Assembly (NCBI RefSeq): GCF_009914755.1
Contig: NC_060925.1
Source: the human T2T-CHM13v2.0 reference genome, Homo sapiens
Length of the DNA stretch: 64,000 nt
Reading direction: 5' to 3' (one strand)
Part shown: positions 51,155-64,000 of the stretch, piece after piece
Layout: each line of letters begins with the position of its first letter
Position numbering within the stretch: the stretch's first letter is position 1
Program-made: the position numbers and the translations under genes
The notes under the pieces: model-generated
Databases searched by the model: none
Told to the model about the DNA's origin: nothing
Seen by the model: the letters and a program-made list of their open reading frames with translations, nothing else

Positions 51155-51880
51155 AATAGTGACAGTGGCTAAGTGCCTGGGCTCTGGAGCTGGACTGCCA
51201 GAGTTTGAATTCTAGCTCTGCTGCATTCTAACTGGAACAAATTATTTAACCTACCTTGAATAAATTATTTAATTTTTTAGTGCCTTAGTCTGCCTGCCTG
51301 CCTGCCTGCCTTCCTTCCTTCCTTCTTTTCCTTTCCTTCTTCCTTTTCTTTTCCTTTCCTTTCTTTCTTTCTTTTCTTTTCCTTTCTTGTCTGCCTCGCC
51401 TCGCCCCGCCCCGCCCCGCCCCGCCTCGCCTTGCCTCTTTCCTTTCCTTTCTTTCCTCTTGCTCTGTTGCCCATGCTGGAGTGCAGTGGCATGATCTCAG
51501 CTCACCGTAACCTCTGCCTCCTGGATTCAAGCAATTCTCCTGCCTTAGCCTCCCAAGTAGCTGGGATTATAGGCGTGCACCACTGTGCCCAGCTAATTTT
51601 GTATTTTTAGTAGAGACGGAGTTTTACCATGTTGGCCATGTTTGGCCAGGCTGGTCTTGAACTCCTGACCTCAGGTGATCCGCCTGCCTTGGCCTCCCAA
51701 AGTGCTGGGATTACTGGCGTGAGCCACTGTGCCCAGCCTTAGCTTCTTTATCTATAAAATTGAGGATAATAAGAGTACTTACTCCCAGAGGGGTGTTACA
51801 ATTATTAAATAAATTAATATATGTAAATAAATGGAACAGTAGAGTAGTAGTAACTAATAAATAAATGTTAGTTATTTAAC
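51155..51880 (+). mobile_element. MIR interrupted by an AluS (-, 51289-51738) with a composite microsatellite tail
   Basis: GGCTCTGGAGCTGGACTGCC..GAATTCTAGCTCTG then, after the Alu, TATCTATAAAATTGAGGATAATAAGAGTAC. Confidence 0.85.
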
Positions 51881-53329
51881 AGGTAGAGAAATTAATGCAA
51901 AGAATTCTTTGAAAGCCACTTGTATTCTTGCGTACTATATTAAGTAATCTTTCTTTAAATGTTTCTGTAATTTCTTTTAAACAACTAGTATCATGATTTT
52001 TGTCACTCTGTGACCTCTTTTTATTCAGCTAATTGTGGGACTACTGAAAATTAGGCTTTCCTTGGTATCTCTTTGTGTCTCCCAGCTTATGTGAGAACAG
52101 ATCTCTTCTTAGTTTGCAAATAAATTTATTCCACATATTTTTTACTTGGTTGTTCCCCTGACATACTCATTTAAGGGCTACTGCTGCCAAAAATGATAAT
52201 CCAAAGGCTAATTTATGTGTTTTAGCCTCATGTTGGTAGAAGTTCTTTGTAGGTTATAGATGAAACAGTTTGTCTAATAAATGGCAAATTGCTATTACGT
52301 AAATATCAAGCTCCTGTTTAAGTAAAAAGGAGGTCTGTGTTAGTGTTGTCTCTTCTCAGCGTTGCTATTCAATCTGTACTGAAAAAATCGTGACAGTTCA
52401 ATATTTACATTAGAAATTGGAGAAACATGTGTCAGAGTTAAAACTGATGAACTTTGCCACTGTTTATCAATAGCAAGTAAACTGGCAAATATGTCAGTAT
52501 GTTAGCAGTACCAAGAAGCTAAATGGGAATATTTTAGAAGTTTGACCCATTGTTGCACTCTCACATGGCAGCCTCTTTATCTTGTTAGAGAACATCCTTT
52601 GATTTCCCTTTTCATTCTTTCTGTGAGTCTGAGCTTTCCTTTTTACCTATAAATGTGCTTATCTTATCAAATAGTACTGCATGTTGCCCATTCCTGGGAC
52701 AAAAGAGAAATACCATCCTGTATTTCTTATAGCAACCCAGGTAAGGTTTGTGTGTGAGGGAGCATTTTGGAGAAAAGAGAATTGTAAATAAATGGGTATA
52801 ATCTAGTTGGAAAACTAAAAACTTTCTTTAATAATTTTAAGGTAGGTCAAGAGCAGTAGTAGTCATTGTGTATTTCAGGTTAACCAAGAAACTCCTACTG
52901 CCCTGTGAAAATTTATTTTCAATGTTAGCATTCCTATCAATGGATAACAGTTACAAGGCAAAAAAAAAAAAAAAGTCAAGTATTTTCCATATTTATTTTA
53001 TTAAGGAGAACTTACATTATGTATAAATGTTAGCACCAGAAATATTAAGCCTATCAACTCTCTGTGTTTCCTAAGTTTTATCCTGTGGTCAGCATGATAA
53101 TTAATATGTTACATAATGAAATTAAAAGTCCTCCTTTCTAAGCCCAGAAGACAGAAAATGAAAAGGATTAAGCCTCCCTTGATCAGATTGTTATTTTTCC
53201 TTTTGAGGATAGGATATCCTCCATCTCTATTGAAACCCAAGGCAAATCAGAACATAGGTACCCCCATCTCCATGGACACAAACACAAATATCTAAGAAGC
53301 ATAATTCAACAGAGAGAGAATCTAAGTGA

Positions 53330-53920
53330 TATAATGAAGGTAATAAGGGTATGGGCTTTATGTTGGAACAGACTTGGGTTCAAATGGTGATTCTACCATT
53401 TATTAGCTATATGACCTTGCCCAAGTTAGGTACCTTCCCTAAACCTATTTGCATCTCATAGGACTTGTGAGATTAAATGAGAACATAGAAAAGAACTTAG
53501 CATTCCATCTGGCACATAATAAATATGTCAAGTTCTTTCATGCCTTTGTACATGCCCTTTTTTCTGCAGCATGCCTGAATAATTTCTATAGTCTTCCTTC
53601 AAAAACAGGTGGTCAAGTTTGCAGCACTTCTGGTCATGCCATCTTCTATGAAATTAAGACAACATCACCTTGTCTGTGATGCCTTCCTTGCCTTTAACTC
53701 TATTTCCTGTGCTATGACCTGGTTATTTACTCTTTCTCTCTGAGCTTCCATGTATCTTCTATATATCTCTCACTGTGCACTATTTCATTGTACATGTTGA
53801 CCTCCTCCACAGGGCTAAATGCTGGGGAGCATGGACTATGTCTTTTCAACTTTGTATATGCCTTACTAAGCACAGTGTTTGATATACGATAGGTGCTCAG
53901 TAAATACTCAATTGCTGAGT
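53330..53920 (+). mobile_element. MIR (53330-53530) and L2 3' end (53680-53920)
   Basis: GACTTGGGTTCAAAT..ATGACCTTGCCCAAGTT; TAGGTGCTCAGTAAATAC. Confidence 0.7.
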
Positions 53921-54152
53921 GAAGGTATATTACTCTTGGGAGCACAGGCAGAAAAGTAGTCTGTAGTCCAGAGCAGGAGGAGGGACTGGGTACAACCAAA
54001 GATTTTTTTCCCCAAAACTGTTATTATGAAAATTTTCAAATATACAAAATAATTGAAAGAATTACAAGGTAAACATCCAAAAACCTGCCACCTAGATTCT
54101 AGAATTAGCATTTTGTGAGAATATACTATATTGCCATTAATTGTAGGCATCA

Positions 54153-58775
<4,623 letters not shown>

Positions 58776-60033
58776 CGGTTGGAGATTTACAGTTTTAAGG
58801 AATCCTGCACTTAGACATCTTTCATGGGAAAGGGGAAGCCTTGAGAATATACTTATCATTCATGTAACATGCTTTGTCATGAACAAATCTCAGAGTTCCT
58901 AGTTCATGGAAAAGGAACATACAGGCTACTGTATTCAGGAATATTCCAAATAGGGATAGGATTCGAACTTTTCCATAATTTCTTTCCTTTTTTCTTTCTG
59001 TATTCTCTCTTTATCCTTCTTCCAACCCCTAATACATACACACATAAGAGTGTATGAGGGTTCCCTTTCCTCCACATCCATGAGCTCACATACACCCATA
59101 GCTCTAGATAAAAGTACAAATTAAGCAATCAAATATAACTATATAAATTAAATAAAATTAAATAAGTAAAAGGATACTAATTGATCTTTCAAGATTAGGC
59201 AGAGGTCTGGAAACTGATGATAATGAAGAAAAGGTCATTTCACATTCATTAGATAACGATTCCCATGATCTAATTTTTCTCTCATTTGAACAGAGAGTGA
59301 TAATATCATTAGCAGAAAAAGTTAAAGGAGAACAATGGACCATAATATGATTTTTTTTTAGACTGAGTGATTGCCTTTCTATTTACTAAAAGATCTGAAA
59401 GAGTTTACAAAATTAAAACACATGTAAAAATAGATAAACGCAGTGACCAAGATGCTATCAGGTACCTGAGATGAGCTATTTTCTACAGTTGAGTAACGAA
59501 TTTGATTATTAATTTCTGCTAATGAAAGCAAAAAGAAAATGCTAAATTACATATTTCTCTTCTTAATGCATTCTTTTTAAAAAATAAGGTCACAATTTTT
59601 TTTATTTTTCAGGCATAGAATTGGAAAAACATAACCAGAGATACATGGTTATACTAGGTATGGGAATTTGGAGTAATATTGTAGACAGTGACTTCATTGT
59701 GCTTTTATAAAAGATGCATATGTGGTACCTAAATCAAAATTCTTATATGGACTGGGGTTCTAGAGTTGAGCATGCTGAAGTCTGAAAGGCTGAATATGTA
59801 ATGTCAAATGCTAACTCAATAAAGATAGTTCTGTGGAATATGGTACTTTGCTACCTCATTATTTAGCTTCACACAGAGATAATATTTAAAGAATGTAGAA
59901 GTATTTGTCATCAATAAATCCCATAGTATGTCTTCCTCAAGGAAAATGAGCAAAGGATGACTTTTACTGCATATAAATTATACCTCCATAAACATGATTT
60001 GTAATAAAATAAATTGTTTTTGAGTGTTCAGAG

Positions 60034-61652
<1,619 letters not shown>

Positions 61653-63011
61653 TTAATAGCTGAAAGACTGCATTGCCATTACCTGGTTCTTAGATGTCAT
61701 GGAATCTATGTGATTCAGGCCACGTGCTGAATTATAACCCAAACATAGTGGTACTTAAAAGCCCCTGTAGCTCTCATGCTTCTCCTAATAGAAGCTTTTG
61801 GCTGAAACAAGAAACGTTTTTGAAAGAAGCATATTGTCATTATCCTTTTGTGAAATTTTAATAGCCAGATTTGTATTCTTATTCATATGTAACAAAAACC
61901 TTGCTAGCACAGTGGTGATAACAGAGGTACCTGCAAGTAAAACTGAGGGTTTTTTTTTTGAAGTAAAAGAAAGAAAAAGCAGCTTTGAAGCAGGTACTTA
62001 CACAAATACTACCTTGATTTACCACATATCTGTAATGGATGGCCTGGGAGTAGTGACTGCAGCCTGAAAAGTAATTTAGGGCATGGGGTATTAACTGATG
62101 ACCTTATCCATAAAATATTTTAGTTATCCTGTGGAAGTTCTGATTTTAGTTGACAAAACAGAAGCTTCTATAGACCTGTATATTGTTGAGACTACATATA
62201 TTATTCTAAGAAGGCTTTTGAATAGATTTGCTGAGTGTAGTTGATGAAGATGGCCCTTTTAAATATTAGGGAATTCATACTAGATTTACTGTTTCAGTTT
62301 TTTCATTACAGATTTTGAGAGGCTTCTCCTGGTAGTAAAATGTCAGATGAAACTGTTACTGTAGAATTCACTAGGTTACTGATTCAGTTTGTGAGTATTA
62401 GAAAATGTTCTTCCATAGAGATTTTAAATAGTTTTTGTGACAAAGCAAAAACAAAGCAAACTGAAGTTTTCCCTGGATTGAAGCAGCCGATCAAATATTT
62501 TAACGTTTGGAGTTTCAACTTCTAAGTGAAAAGATTCCTGATTTTAAAATATAAAAGGATTATTTGAGAAGCACGTACTTTGTGTATGAATGAAGAAATG
62601 TATCTATTTTCCAATGAAAGTTTATATTTTGGTGACTGCTTCTACTGAAGTGATAGCATGGTCAGTAGTATTCCAACATCTTTGGATACTGTTAGCTTCA
62701 GCCATCATATGGTTTGATTAATTGAACTGGTGTAATAGATTAATAGATATGGTGGTATCTATACTAATCTGATTTTCTTTTTTATGTTACATAAAATAGA
62801 ATTTTTCCTTCCTTCCTTCCTCTTTCCTCTCATAATTTGAACAGATACTGGATTCAAAAAATTTATGATAGCTTAAACCCCAGGGATATCATTTTCTAAA
62901 GGAGTCATCTGTAGATGGTTTATGTTAAAGTTGGACAAATGGATAGAACATCAAGATTTTAATATTTGTTTCCACATTTGTCCCACTTACGGCATAAGTA
63001 TCAGGGAAGTG

Positions 63012-63278
63012 GCCAGATGGGGTGGCTCATGCGTGTAATCCAAGCACTCTGGATGGCTGAGGCAGAAGGAACACTTGAATTCAGGAATTTGAGACCAGTT
63101 TAGGCAACATAGTGAGACCCCATCTCTACCAAAAAAAAAAAAAATTATCCGTGCATGGTGGCATGTGCCTGTAGCCCCAGCTATTTGGGAGGCTAAGGTG
63201 GGAGAATCTTTTGAGCCTGGGAGGTGGAGGCTTCAGTGAGCCGACAGAGGGAGACCTGTCTCAAAACAAACAAACAAG
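63012..63278 (+). mobile_element. AluJ with a right-arm deletion
   Basis: TSD ATCAGGGAAG on both sides; GAGCCGA|CAGAG deletion. Confidence 0.9.
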
Positions 63279-63749
63279 AATCAGGGAAGATACATATTCA
63301 TTTGCTTTTAGAACTTATAATAAACCATTGATAACAACTCAAGGATTAATTAGGCCTAACATTTGAGTGTATGTATAGCATAACACCTCTGTTACAAATT
63401 ACTGGAGGCATTTGTGAATTATCTAGTTAATTTCATCTGAAGAAAGAGACCTAAAAAGGAAGCTGGGGTAGACCTGCTTTTGCCATGTACCCCACTTCAT
63501 TTCTTATGGCTAAGGTTGTTCCACAGTGGTCCTAGTTTCGAACCTTTGCCTTGGTAGCATAACCCCAAATTTTTCTGAGGCTATAGCCTTGGAGTTGGAA
63601 TTGCCTAGATCTTCACAGAAACTATTGTGCTGAACTCTATTGGGTTGACAGAGAGCTGGGTATATACCACCCCACTCACCTATCATATTTGGGGATGATG
63701 ACAGTTGGCAAGGATTGGCACCATTATCAGTATCTTTAAAAGGTATCAA

Positions 63750-64000
63750 GAAATTACTGGCAAGTTTATAGCTTTAAATGCCTATATTAGAAAAGAAGAT
63801 AGATCTAAGTTTCTATCTTAACAAGCTAGAAAATGAAGAGCAAATTAAAACCTAGATAAATAGATGGAAATAAATAATAAAGAACAGAAATAAATGAAAT
63901 AGAAAATGTATTTAAAAAAGAAAAAGATAAAACCAAAAGCCAGATCTTTGAAAAGATTAATAAAATTAATAAATCCTTACCAAGACTAATCAAGGAAAAG
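63750..64000 (+). mobile_element. Ancient L1M ORF2 fragment running off the right edge
   Basis: AAGTTTATAGCTTTAAATGCCTATATTAGAAAAGAAGA..AAGCTAGAAAATGAAGAGCAAATTAAA. Confidence 0.75.

Overview
Primate (hominid, probably human) intronic DNA, mostly transposon-derived. The only host-gene coding sequence I can support is one 114-nt phase-0/0 exon (23337-23450, +) encoding DSAQESVITRDIHRTFPAHDYFKDTGGDGQESLYKICK, part of the TBC/Rab-GAP domain of RABGAP1L. The longer ORFs in the track are LINE-1 ORF1/ORF2/ORF0 remnants; the rest are antisense shadows, Alu read-throughs or short unsupported frames. The window holds seven L1PA copies or fragments, about 12 Alus, older L1M/L2/MIR pieces, LTRs and Tigger DNA transposons. 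The most unusual signal is how the L1 copies relate to each other. (1) Neighbouring L1s of different subfamilies share many non-consensus single-base variants in a mosaic pattern, suggesting a local ectopic gene-conversion network or an assembly artefact. (2) A 2.7-kb tail-less L1 fragment inside an older L1 (35580-38289) ends at exactly the GAA where the L1 at 3698-8826 has its ~0.93-kb RT-domain deletion, and the two share private variants, suggesting one complex templated rearrangement across ~30 kb. (3) Two near-identical L1PA2 3' ends flank the RABGAP1L exon as direct repeats. Subfamily calls and 'consensus' bases are from memory of L1/Alu consensus sequences and need RepeatMasker/Dfam confirmation.
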